This document shows, in pieces, positions 1-10,798 of a DNA stretch of 41,438 nt. A model generated the notes under the pieces. That model had not been told where the DNA came from and made no database searches. It worked only from the letters and a program-made list of their open reading frames with translations. The first letter of the stretch is position 1; the number at the start of each line of letters is the position of its first letter. Made by a program: the position numbers and the translations under genes. Source of the DNA: Octopus bimaculoides (lineage: Eukaryota); contig NC_068983.1 of assembly GCF_001194135.2 (NCBI RefSeq), positions 111,449,434-111,490,871 of the forward strand, written 5' to 3'.

Positions 1-284
1 AACTCGAATGTGGAATCTAAAAACAGAAACAATTCCTATCATAGTAGGTGCCTTAGGTATAATAAAAAAATATTCAGCCAAATACATAACAAAAACACCA
101 GGACTTACAAATATATATAACATACAGAAAATTGCACTACTGGGTACTGCACACATTCTATGCAAAACACTTTCAATACAGTAAACATAAGAGCACCACA
201 GCAAACCACAGCACATACCCAAGGCGCACAGAGCTGTGCTCGGTAGTGAAGTGAAAGCACGTTATAAAAATAAAACTACTGAAC
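1..284 (+). mobile_element. R4/Dong-like RLE non-LTR retrotransposon, 3' end (family 1, copy 1)
   Basis: Near-identical to 1448-1736 (4 substitutions seen before the 3' A-rich end). Encodes the C-terminal ...WNLKTETIPIIVGALG...ALLGTAHILCKTLSIQ*. Ends directly in an (AAT)n tract at 285. Confidence 0.8.
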
Positions 285-316
<32 letters not shown>

Positions 317-430
317 GAAGAAGAAGAAGAAGAAGAAGAAGAATAATAATAAAAATAATAATAATGATGATAATGATAATAACTATGATGATGATGAGGA
401 GGAGGATATAGGCAGGGGTTGATGATGATG
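285..430. repeat. (AAT)n/(AAG)n/(GAT)n compound microsatellite
   Basis: Seen directly. Confidence 0.95.
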
Positions 431-432
431 AT

Positions 433-578
433 ATAGGGAGGGGTTAAGTTGATGACATCGACCCCAGTACTCCACTGGTACTTAATTTATTGACCCCGAA
501 AGGGATGAAAGGCAAAGTCAACCTTGGCAGAATTTGAACTGCTAAGCATCTTGCCCAGCATGCTAATGATTCTGCCAA
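433..578 (-). mobile_element. tRNA-headed SINE family A, internally deleted copy
   Basis: Reverse complement of the family seen at 2753-2958 and 22574-22799 (GGCAGAATC.TTAGC head, B-box-like GTTCAAATTC, AAGTACCAGT core). Confidence 0.8.
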
Positions 579-599
579 CAACAACAATAATAATAATAA

Positions 600-853
600 G
601 TGTAAAGGTTATGCCTGCAATAACTGGTGCATTGGGAATCGTAGGCAAAGCTATAAACAAATGGTTGAAAGAGACTGGAATAGAATGTCCTGTAGAACTT
701 CTACAGAAAGTTTGCGTCTTGGAGAAAGGAAAGATTATCAGGAGGGTTCTAAGCAATTGAAAGACTACTGAAAACTTGTGGGTACCTAAGGTTACAGGTA
801 GTGACCTGCTACCCACATAAATCCTACCAGGTATAAGAATGAGCCTGAGTCAA
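600..853 (+). mobile_element. R4/Dong-like RLE non-LTR retrotransposon, 3' end (family 2)
   Basis: Translation SVKVMPAITGALGIVGKAINKWLKETGIECPVELLQKVCVLEKGKIIRRVLSN* has the same P.I.GALG...LQK..L....I.R.L terminal RLE motif as family 1 but different DNA. Flanked on both sides by (AAT)n. Confidence 0.7.
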
Positions 854-873
854 ATAAATAATAATAATAAAAC

Positions 874-940
<67 letters not shown>
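854..940. repeat. (AAT)n microsatellite
   Basis: Seen directly; source of the poly-I/poly-L ORFs. Confidence 0.97.
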
Positions 941-950
941 CGTTTCTGAG

Positions 951-1360
951 NNNNNNNNNNNNNNNNNNNNNNNNNNNNNNNNNNNNNNNNNNNNNNNNNN
1001 NNNNNNNNNNNNNNNNNNNNNNNNNNNNNNNNNNNNNNNNNNNNNNNNNNNNNNNNNNNNNNNNNNNNNNNNNNNNNNNNNNNNNNNNNNNNNNNNNNNN
1101 NNNNNNNNNNNNNNNNNNNNNNNNNNNNNNNNNNNNNNNNNNNNNNNNNNNNNNNNNNNNNNNNNNNNNNNNNNNNNNNNNNNNNNNNNNNNNNNNNNNN
1201 NNNNNNNNNNNNNNNNNNNNNNNNNNNNNNNNNNNNNNNNNNNNNNNNNNNNNNNNNNNNNNNNNNNNNNNNNNNNNNNNNNNNNNNNNNNNNNNNNNNN
1301 NNNNNNNNNNNNNNNNNNNNNNNNNNNNNNNNNNNNNNNNNNNNNNNNNNNNNNNNNNNN
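951..1360. other. Assembly gap (N run)
   Basis: N run. Other gaps at about 14007-14306, 16650-16659, 29060-29211 and 31987-32126. Confidence 1.
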
Positions 1361-1736
1361 AATTGATGTTTCAATACCAGCAGATGACAACGTTTCTCTA
1401 AAAGAAATGGAAAAACTTTCAAAATACAAAGACCTGGAAATAGAGATAACTCAAATGTGGAATCTAAAAACAGAAACAATTCCTATCATAGTAGGTGCCT
1501 TAGGTATAATAAAAAAATATTCAGACAAATACATAACAAAAACACCAGGACTTACAAATATATATAACATACAGAAAATTGCACTACTGGGTACTGCACA
1601 CATTCTACGCAAAACACTTTCAATACAGTAAACATAAGAGCACCACAGCAAACCACAGCACATACCCAAGGCGCACAGAGCTGCGCTCGGTAGTGAAGTG
1701 AAAGCACGTTATAAAAATAAAAATAAAACTACTGAA
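1361..1736 (+). mobile_element. R4/Dong-like RLE retrotransposon, 3' end (family 1, copy 2)
   Basis: Open frame IDVSIPADDNVSLKEMEKLSKYKDLEIEITQMWNLKTETIPIIVGALG...RKTLSIQ* matches the RLE motif (D..IP.D...KE.EK..KY.DL) of R4/Dong elements. 3' UTR is followed by an AAT-rich tail. Confidence 0.85.
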
Positions 1737-1766
1737 TATTAATAATAATAATATAAATAATAATAT

Positions 1767-1983
1767 AAATATTCAGACAAATACATAACAAAAACACCAG
1801 GACTTACAAATATATATAACATACAGAAAATTGCACTACTGGGCACTGCACACATCCTATGCAAAACACTTTCAATACAGTAACCATAAGAGCATCACAG
1901 CAAACCACAGCACATACCCAAGGCACACAGAGCTGCACTCGGCAGTGAAGTGAAAGCATGTTATAAAAATAAAACTACTGAAC
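1767..1983 (+). mobile_element. R4/Dong-like family 1, copy 3 (more 5'-truncated)
   Basis: Tandem to copy 2; 9 substitutions over about 200 bp; ends in AATAATAAT. Confidence 0.85.
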
Positions 1984-2005
1984 AATAATAATAATACTTT
2001 CTATT

Positions 2006-2209
2006 ATAGGCCACAATGCCTGAAATATTTTTTGGTGGGGCATGTCAATTTCATCAACCCTCATGGTTAACTGGTACTTATTTCACTGACTTTAATAGGA
2101 GCAAAGGCAAAGTCAACCTCAGTGGAATTTGAACTCAGAATGTAAAGTTGGACGAAATGCTGCAAAAGCATTTTGAGTGGCATAACAATTCTACCAGCTT
2201 GCCACCTTA
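2006..2209 (-). mobile_element. SINE family A
   Basis: Reverse complement of the family A head and core. Confidence 0.75.
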
Positions 2210-2222
2210 ATAAAAAAAAAAA

Positions 2223-2263
<41 letters not shown>

Positions 2264-2331
2264 CAACAACAACAATAATAATAATAATGATGACGATAAT
2301 AATGATGATGATAATGATGGTGATGATAATG

Positions 2332-2380
<49 letters not shown>

Positions 2381-2415
2381 TAATAATAATAATCATGATA
2401 ATAATGATAATAATA
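2223..2415. repeat. (AAT)n/(AAC)n/(GAT)n microsatellite
   Basis: Seen directly. Confidence 0.97.
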
Positions 2416-2544
2416 AAGTTCACAGAGCAATATGCCAATATTTTGACATGAAAACAGATAAGAGTGGTTTAAACATGTACTAAACAGGAAATATGACAAC
2501 AACCCAGTTACAACCATTTAGGACATGTCTATTAAGACAGATGA

Positions 2545-2750
2545 TGCGATCAATGTAATCTTTCCAGATATAATTATCAAGGTCTGCCAAGAGAATATCT
2601 CTACTCTGATAGACATCTCAAAATCATCTGACCAAAATATTGCATGATAGGAGGTGGAGAAAATGTCAAAGTACAAGGATTTTGAAATTGAAAGAAAGCA
2701 AGATGCAGACCATAAAAGTTAGAACAACACCATTAATATTAAGAGCACTA
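2545..2750 (+). mobile_element. Decayed R4/Dong-like RLE fragment (family 3)
   Basis: PDIIIKV...LIDISKSSDQNIA**EVEKMSKYKDFEIE...KVRTTPLILRALG with stops and a frameshift; PD..D..EK..KY.D motif retained. Confidence 0.65.
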
Positions 2751-2752
2751 GG

Positions 2753-2958
2753 AAGGTAGCAAGTTGGCAGAATCGTTAGCACACTGGGTGAAATGCTTCG
2801 TGGCACTTTGTCTGTCTTCGTGCTCAGAGTTCAGATTCTGCCAAGGTCAACTTTCATCCTTTTGTGATTGATGAAATAAGTACCAATTTAGCACTGGGGG
2901 TCAATGTAATTGACTTAACTCCTTCCCCAAAATTGTTGGCCAAAATTTGAAAATAATA
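2753..2958 (+). mobile_element. SINE family A
   Basis: TGGCAGAATCGTTAGC head (A-box-like), GAGTTCAGATTC (B-box-like), AAGTACCA core. Confidence 0.8.
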
Positions 2959-3489
2959 TTGTGAACACTAGGTATTATGAAAAATTATCAAAAGCACATA
3001 GATTTTAACAGAGTTCACATTAATATGCAGTACAAAAATTTCTGTACTATGCATAGTCCACATCCATTCAATTTGATAGCACAACTCAGTACATTCTGCC
3101 TTCAACACATTCCCAGAACAAGAACCACCAAATAAAGTAGTGCATCTCACACTGCAAACATTTTAAGGAATCACTAAAAATATTTTAAACACATAACATA
3201 TTCTGTACAGTTGCTGCTTAATAAAATAATAGTACATACACATGATCACTACCTAGCTAACAAACACTATAATGCTAACAACTTTTGCAACATTATTCTC
3301 CACAATTGCAAACTAATGACATAACAGATTACACAGTACACATATTCAGCCATCAATATCCTACACTAAAATCCTTGACACTGACTACACAGCATTTATT
3401 TGCCATAAATACCACCCAACAAAATATCACATCTCACTATGCACATACTTCTCAGATTGGGTGAAACACAAAAGGAGTAAACAAAGACA

Positions 3490-3808
3490 ACAATCTGAAA
3501 TTTGAAGGAGGGTTTAGTTATTACTGTTAACTCCAGTACCTTACTTTATTGATCTTAGTAAAATGAACAGCAAAGTTGAACCCAACTGAACTCAGCATGT
3601 AAGCAGCTAGCATGAATATTGGTTTTGAGGAAGGGCTGAGTCAATTAAACCGACCCCAAGTGTTCAACTGGTACTTATTTTATCAACTTCAATAAGCTGA
3701 AAGGCAAAATCGACTCTGGAAAAATTTGAACTCAGCATATAAGGATGGACGAAATACCACTAAGCATTTTGCCCTGCCTGCTAACAATTCTGCCAGCTTA
3801 CTGCCTTA
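3490..3808 (-). mobile_element. Two SINE family A copies (one degraded, one near-complete)
   Basis: 3618-3808 matches family A in reverse; 3490-3612 is a degraded partial copy. Further degraded minus-strand copies at about 4500-4690 and 5172-5300; 3' portions at about 29212-29280 and 35595-35702 (+). Confidence 0.65.
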
Positions 3809-4742
3809 GCTGGAATAGATATTACAAAGTGTTTTGACCAATGCACTAACAATTCTGCCAATCCATTTCCCTCTCAATAATATCCAGCATAGACGCAAGA
3901 TTGTAGCAAGCATGTTCACTCTTTACCTTTAGGTACCCACATTTTGCCTTTTTATCTTTAGGTACCCACATCTTGGTTCATCACATGAAGGTTGAGTCCA
4001 TCTAGCTTTACACAGGCTGTCCACCGCTTAACATTATAGACTAGCCAAGTGTACCAACATCTGCTGTATAGAGGAACCTTTTCCTGCTAATTCCTTAGTG
4101 TGGTAGGTCATCATGCGAGTGTGATGCGAGTTTGGATCTTCAGCATAAGAGCAGTTTCATTCCACTTTGCAGCTTCAGTGAGGGAAAGAATTGTCAAGAG
4201 AGATTATTGTCACCATGTTTTGTGTTTTTCCTTCATACATCTTTATCTTCAAGAAGCTTGAGGAACCTAGTATTTCAATTAACAGAATTGTATACCATGT
4301 ATACCAGTTGCTGCATTTTATTTTAGCAGTGAAATAAATGTGGCTGTCAACTTTAACTTGCCTTTATTTTTCTTGATGTTCTTTATCATGACTCATTAAC
4401 CATGACTCATTAATCATGACTTCATTAACCCAGAAGGTTATAATATTACCAGGGCCTTAGCCACATTGTACCATTTCAACCTCGCTAAAAGGTTATAAAT
4501 TTGGGTGGAGAGCTTAGTTAAGTAAATGAACTGCAGTACATGATTGATACTTTATTTTATCAAACCTGAAAAAGTGAAAAGCCGATTTGACTATAGTGGG
4601 ATTTCGAATTTAGTATGTAAAGAGATGGAGCAAATAGCACAATACATTTTACCAAATGCTAAAATGATTCTTCTTAATCATCACCTTAATAATAGCAATA
4701 GTTATAATTTTTTTTTGGAATTGGATCACAAAGTACAAATAA

Positions 4743-4961
4743 CTCTTCAGCATTCAAATTACTGTCAAACACAATGCTTATTTATTCACATTGTATTGAA
4801 ATGATCCTGCAATATCTGGTAGCTTCGAGGTTTTGATGATGTAGCTGTTTAGTTTTATGACAACATTATAGGGTTAGGTATAAGAGGCCAGATCTGACTG
4901 GTGTGAATATAAAGCAGGTAGAACATTTTAACTGTATATGGCTAGTTTAAATGCTAAAGGG
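4743..4961 (+). mobile_element. piggyBac-type MITE (family E)
   Basis: Homologous to 17519-17738; terminal inverted repeats CTCTTCAGCATT...AATGCTAAAGGG; flanked by ATAA on both sides. Confidence 0.75.
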
Positions 4962-5306
4962 ATAAAGCTATGAATCATAGCATGTAAATATTGGATTGAA
5001 AATCTCTTTTTGGATAGAAAAAGGGCTTTTCAGCCCAATATTCACATATTATTATTTATAGCTTTATATGTACTTTGAGATCCAATTCCAAAATGAATTA
5101 TTTCATGTTCTCTCAATATTTTTAGCTGTTTACATCATATGATCTTATGGTGTCAACTACAAATAGTTATTTTTAACATAGGCACCAGCTCAAAAATTTT
5201 GCGGTGGGTAAGGATAGTTGATTAAATACATCTCAGTACTTGACTGGTACTTTATTCTATCAATATCAGAAGTATGACAAGTAAAGGCTATTTGAACTTA
5301 ACCACA

Positions 5307-5463
5307 CATGCATGCCTGAATGGTTAAGGGGTAAACTACTTTTAGGTTTAGTTCCATTGTGTATGGACATGTATCTTTAAATATATCCCTGGGTTAACCA
5401 AAGCTTTGTGAGTAGATATGGTAGACAGAAACCAAAAGAAGCCTGCTTAATATGTATGTATGA

Positions 5464-5515
<52 letters not shown>

Positions 5516-5836
5516 GTGTGTGTGTGTGTGTGTGCACGCAGGTGTGTGCATGGGTGTCTGCATGTGTGTGTTTGAGGGTGTTTTTGTGTGTGCTTGTGTC
5601 TGCTTGCCTTGATATTGCACAAGAGTTGTAAATGAGTGTCACTGTCATAAAAGTGGTGTCGCTTATTTCCAATTTTCTGTGCCTACATGTCTAGACATGG
5701 GGAAATATTGCAGTGTTTGGGAACAGATAAGGGCTGGTGATAGGAGTGTTATCTATCTGCAAAAAACATCTACATCAATCAATTCTATCCAGTCCACACG
5801 TGTATGGAAAAGTGTATGTTAAAAGCGATGATGATT
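5307..5836 (+). mobile_element. SINE family B, long form with internal (TG)n and RTE-type (GAT)n tail
   Basis: Degraded family B head (GCTTTGTGAGTAGATATGGTAGACAGAAAC), (TG)n at 5464-5580, and a 3' module ending GGAAAAGTGTATGTTAAAAGCGATGATGAT. A reverse-complement copy of the 3' module lies at about 13030-13260. Confidence 0.65.
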
Positions 5837-5849
5837 GATATACAAGATT

Positions 5850-6240
5850 TGTTTATGTTGAAATGGAGAAAGTTGAAAGTTACCATGTTCAAGCCTCTCT
5901 TCGGGAGAAACGCACAATCATCTGGAATGGTACATGGAATATAATATAATATTCCCATATCAGTGATGATATTTACCTCACATTTCATGAAACTAGAGAT
6001 AATTATAGATTCCCAAGAGGCCAGGACACAATTATAATTACTAAACTGTAGAACATCATGTGCTTCAGCCTCACTAGAGCCATTGTATCGTTCAGAGTAA
6101 GATATGTAATAGAGCTAGCAGAAATGTTTGATCTAACAAGGGATGCTGTCAGAAATCCAACACTTTAACTCAACAGCTCTAATGCATCTTGCAATGAGGT
6201 ACAAATGCATATAACACCCTATTCAGCCATCCATTACATC
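5850..6240 (-). mobile_element. Highly decayed CR1-group LINE remnant (RT C-terminal region)
   Basis: Minus-strand frames give fragments ALVRLKH, YNCVLASW, NIITDMGILYY and RGLNMVTFNFL, in the order of the CR1 motifs ALVRPHLEY / VW / ATK.I..M..L.Y / RGDLI.TFK.L. Confidence 0.4.
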
Positions 6241-6509
6241 TTTCCCTATAGACAATAATAATGATTTCTTAATTTCTTACACATCACCGATTCCCGCTTC
6301 ACAATCTCTTCCATTCTTTCTCTATCTCTCTTCCTCTCTTTTTCTCCTTCTCTTTCTCTTTCCCTCTCACTCTCTCTGGGGAGATAAGCTTGGCGACAAT
6401 AGAATCCATCAGAAAATATTTTATTAATGTCAGAGTGTTGAAAAGCCACCCAGTGATGACAATCATATGAATTGAACTCAGAAGGGCAAAACACTAAGCT
6501 GCTTAATAA

Positions 6510-6900
6510 CAATGAGCTGATGAGGAAGCCCCCTATGTGGTCATTCAGCCTCCTAGAAATAACAGTCAGATCTCTTTCAAAGCACACACTTTTAAATGAA
6601 AGAGTCTATTGGATAATACGACCTTAGATACACCATATTTGAAACACAAAAAGAGACAGGATGGTCATTCATAGCAGGAATGCCTTTTGACTACAGGTCT
6701 GTTTGATTAAAGCAACATTAAAAATCCCATGCCAGTAAAGAAGCCGTTACATTGTTTCTTAACATGAAAAGGGATTGAAACATTTGATAATGTAGTTCGA
6801 GATAATCTATATAATAATGAGATGGATGGTCATGATTGGTATGTCTTTGATGTTAGATGTATTCAGTCAAAGCTGATCTGAAGATTAAACAGCAATAACA
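6510..6900 (+). repeat. Dispersed repeat family F (probable SINE/LINE 3' module), two partial copies
   Basis: CTATGTGGTCA...CTAGAAATA.CA..CA.ATC...GGATGGTCA motif. Recurs at about 18840-19045 and 30825-30900 (+), 19145-19235 and 19515-19590 (-), and 32395-32470 and 32640-32990 (+), often ending in (ACA)n. Confidence 0.6.
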
Positions 6901-9100
6901 TAAGAAAGCCTTAACTGAATCTCTACAACTTCAGCCATTCTTCTCACCACTAGAAGAAATAACAGTTTTCATTTGCTTCTTTATTTCTAGAAAAGAAACT
7001 TGTGTAATTCAGCTTTTCCGTAAAAGCATTGATGATGTAAATTAATTGATGTGATTCCTACCAGGGATTAAAGCCAAATTACAGCCTTAACTAATAATAT
7101 TCTGACTTGTGAGGTTAACTCTGACTTGCGATGTAAAGTATGCAAAGTTAAATCCTCTACAAACCAACATCTATCACAATATCTTAAAAGACAAATTATT
7201 ATTTTGATCAACCTAATATGCATGACCACCTTTCCTGCTATCAACATGATTGGTGTCATTATAATGGTCAACATTGTTACTATTATCACTATTATTAGCC
7301 GCTACTAAGTTAAGTAGAGCAGTCGTAGCAGACTTCAATTAGCAGTTCCCATGGTACATTGCCATTTGCTATTGCTGATAAGTGAAGTAGCATGTCAGCC
7401 TCACCTGTGATGTGTTTGTGTAGCTCGTTTGGTAAATTTAGCACAATGGAAACATCTCATTGCAACAGAGATTTCACTGCTTATTGATTTGGTGTCTGAT
7501 CACTATCTGGATTGCAAAGTGGATGGGGAAATGATAAAACACACAACTGAGTTACATGACTTTCAGATATTTAACCTGATGCTCACTACTGACCTTCTAT
7601 GTAAATATCTGCCAAAGGTCAAACTTCCGTGATGCTGTCCTTGGAATCCTTCATCATTTACCATTTCTCCTTGCAGCCAGTTTGTGTTGAAAGCATCTAT
7701 TCATGGTAGATTATCAATGTTAAGCAATACAAAGGCTGACTGGTGCATAGATAAGATGAATATTTGAGAAACTGAACTGCTATTAACTGTTAGTTTAAGG
7801 ATTACTAAAGTAGGAAAAAAAAAATAATAATTTGGTTGAATTCTAAATATCACATGCAATGTCCTGAAGTTCAAAAAGAAGAAAATAAATTTTAAATATT
7901 AATCTAAAATCTGATCAAAATCATTTCATATGATGAACATAAGTAATATATGTGCTTATTAACAATAACAATAATAGACTATTTTGCTTTAGATATTTAC
8001 CCCTGAAGATGTTGTCACCTTTGTGGAAATCATAAGTTCACTTAGTTCTTAAATCTTCATTATTCAAAGAATTCTATTCTCTATTACAAAAATTACTCAT
8101 GAAAACTGAAAAATTCCATATTTACTAAAAATGTAACTCATAGTGAAATGCATTTTGAATATTCAATCAAATCTTTTTTTTTTTTTTAGATATCATTACT
8201 ATGTGAAGTCAAAGTTCTTGTAACAAGCACAGCAACATCTAGGATTGCATATTGTACTGTGCTTCCATAGAAAGCATAATCTTTGCTTGCTTCATCTACC
8301 AATCTGAAAGCAAGTAACTTACTAACTTCACATATGAGTGATTGAAGGTATAAATAATATACTACTATTAAAAATAAAATTATGATTGTTCAATATGTTC
8401 ATGCCAAAATTTTAAAAGGTTCACCTTACCCATATGGCTACTGAAACATAACAACAATATTACAAATATCCCGCGTTAAGTATCATCCAGTAATACTATA
8501 TTCCTGACATTTTTCATCCATTACTTTTTTCAAATTATTATAAGATGAATGTTTGAATGATTATTTTAGATATTTGACTGAACAATAGAACTGATCATTC
8601 ACAATTTGATATCCTTTCTATTAAGAACCAACCACAGAAATCAAAGTAAACCTAATGACAATTTTCACTTTATTTGATGGAAGAAAAATTAGTTCAGCAT
8701 CCCTCAGTGTTACTGAAGTATTGTGTACATGAAAATATTGCTGTAGTGTGGAGTTCCAGAGCTCAAAACTTTATTTCTCCATTGATTTGATTTGTATATT
8801 TATTGGCATAACATAAAAGCCAATGGAGAAATGTGTTTCACATTAGAGAAATTCTCTGTTACAGCAACATCTTCAAGGAGTGCAAAAACTTTTGAAATAT
8901 AGAAAATGCTGGTAATACATTCCCTACTTGTACAGCTTACTGACTAAGAAAACAGGCTACTGGTAAACCTACTGATATTTCAGTGGATAAAATTCTGCTA
9001 GCAGTGCTGAGTTATAACCAAGAAAATAGTCTAATGACTCAGTCCACCTAACTGTGAATTTAACTCACCAAATAAAACTTGTATAAACAACAGATGAACA

Positions 9101-9328
9101 ATCATCATCATCATCATCATCGTTTAACGTCCGTTTTCCATGCTAGCATGGGTTGGACGATTTGACTGAGGACTGGTGAAACCGGATGGCAACACCAGGC
9201 TCCAATCTGATTTGGCAGAGCTTCTACAGCTGGATGCCCTTCCTAACGCCAACCACTCAGAGAGTGTAGTGGGTGCTTTTACGTGTCATCCGCACGAAGG
9301 CCAGTCAGGCGGTACTGGCAACGGCCAT
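9101..9328 (-). mobile_element. RTE-family 3' end with (GAT)n tail (family D)
   Basis: (CAT)n-CGTTTAACGTCCGTTTTCCATGCTAGCATGGGTTGGACG...GGATGCCCTTCCTAACGCCA. The same module is joined to RTE RT-coding sequence at 31061-31640. Confidence 0.75.
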
Positions 9329-9541
9329 GAGCAATAAGAATAGCAAATGTTTTGTTAGCTTACAAAACTGAATTTAACCTATCATGTGGCTAAAGTTTGT
9401 TGAGTGGTAATTTCCATTGAGAACCGATCTCTGTAAAGAGAATATTAAGTTGATTTATGCAATGATATATTTACAAAGTAATGGGCTATGGGTCATCAAC
9501 AATAACAAAATTACAAAATACATACAAATATAAATGCAATG

Positions 9542-10798
9542 TACAACTGTTGCCCTGAAAGTATTGCAAAGGTAGGTCTGACTTCTATTAACTGAAATGT
9601 TATCAAACTGCATGTTTTGATAGAAAAACACTTCCTCTATACAATTGTATTACTTAACATAGTCTCCATCAGAAGAGATGCATTTATGTCATTGTTCTAC
9701 TCAACTCTCAAACCTGTTTCGAAAACATTTAGGTGTGCACAGTTGTACCACTTCTTCATCACCATTTTCGCCTCATCTGTATTTCCAAATCCTTTTCCCT
9801 TGAGATTGATCTTCATTGCACTCACTGAACTAGCATAAGACAGAGGGTGCTACATATAAATAGTACAGTGGATGCGGGGCTACAGACCAGCCTAATTTAG
9901 ATGCTTGCCTGATTTTTGCCAAAGCTGGATGTGGTCCTGCATAGTCGTGGTAAATGTAGATTATTTTCAGATTCTTATTACATCTCTTCCTCCAAATGGT
10001 TGCTCTAATTTATTTGAGTCTTTCAATGCAACTCTCACTGTTCACAGTGCAGCCATGTTCCAGAAAATCAAAGAAAACAATGCCCTCTTAGCTCCCAAAG
10101 CAGTCAGTATGACTTTCTGTGACAATTACTAGCTCTTGAAATTCTCAGATCTTGGAGATGCCATTCCATCATCGACTGAGCTTTTTTCAGATTATAAAAA
10201 TACACCCACTTTTGAGCCTTGTTCCTAGATCAGGACAAAATGTCATCATTGGCTTCAAACATTTCAAGCAGATCAAAGCAGATTTCTACCATTCTTTCAT
10301 TGAAAGCAAGTGTCAACTGCCCAGGTACCACTTTACACACACCTTCCAAAACTTAAAGTCTTCCACCATCTTCTGTGATGCACTATAACTACAGTCCAGT
10401 TGTGCATCAACCTCACAGATTATGACTCATCTACCTGTGCAAATCAGTTCATCTGTTCACAGGCGATTCATGTCAGCTGATGATCTTTCACAGCATAGTT
10501 TGTCCACAAAGCTGGTTTTCCATCTTTAAACTTCATCAATTTGTGTACATTACTCTTGTTAATGGTGCCATATCTGTGACCAACCTGCAGCCTTCCATTG
10601 ATATTGAACAATCTGCACCTCTCCATTGTCAAGAACTCAGTATGGCACATTCCTTCTGTTTGGAATCAACTATTTTCCTACAATGAAGAATAGAAGGAAG
10701 AGTTACTATATTGGAAGAATTACACAATTTGAACAAGATGTATCAGCTAATAAAACAGTTATGCTCTCATTCTCATTACTTTAGGATCCACCCTTGTA
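9542..10798 (-). mobile_element. Decayed, near full-length mariner transposon
   Basis: Minus-strand fragments in mariner order: ...KFKDGK (HTH), VCKVVPGQLTLAFNERMVEICFDLLEMFEAND (WVP-region), WVYFY, GKRFGN-like segment and HKCISSDGDYVK*. Degenerate TA-bounded termini TACAACTGTTGCCCTGAAAGTATTG and (rc) TACAAGGGTGGATCCTAAAGTAATG about 1.26 kb apart. Confidence 0.8.

Noticed and set aside
824-2517. Long ORFs rich in I, L, Y, N or X (also those at 13956-14472, 28302-29233, 31867-32343 and similar)
   Set aside because: Translations of microsatellites and N-gaps, not genes.
3900-4330. Possible RTE remnant on the minus strand (KRWT...WVPKDKK)
   Set aside because: Only a few residues match; too decayed to list as a feature.
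4387-4430. Three copies of a 13-bp unit (CATGACTCATTAA); similar short tandems at about 23378-23451 and 30720-30767
   Set aside because: Ordinary slippage duplications. No unique spacers, so not CRISPR-like.
5978-6115. Apparent phase-0 exon on the minus strand (CTAG acceptor, GAG|GTAAAT donor, 46 open codons)
   Set aside because: Surrounding frames carry ordered CR1 RT C-terminal motif remnants; a decayed LINE explains it more simply.
7330-7700. ORF 7429-7632 and flanks; likewise minus-strand ORF 15542-15808
   Set aside because: Weak resemblance to CR1/jockey RT fragments and none to a host protein I recognise; neither call is supportable.
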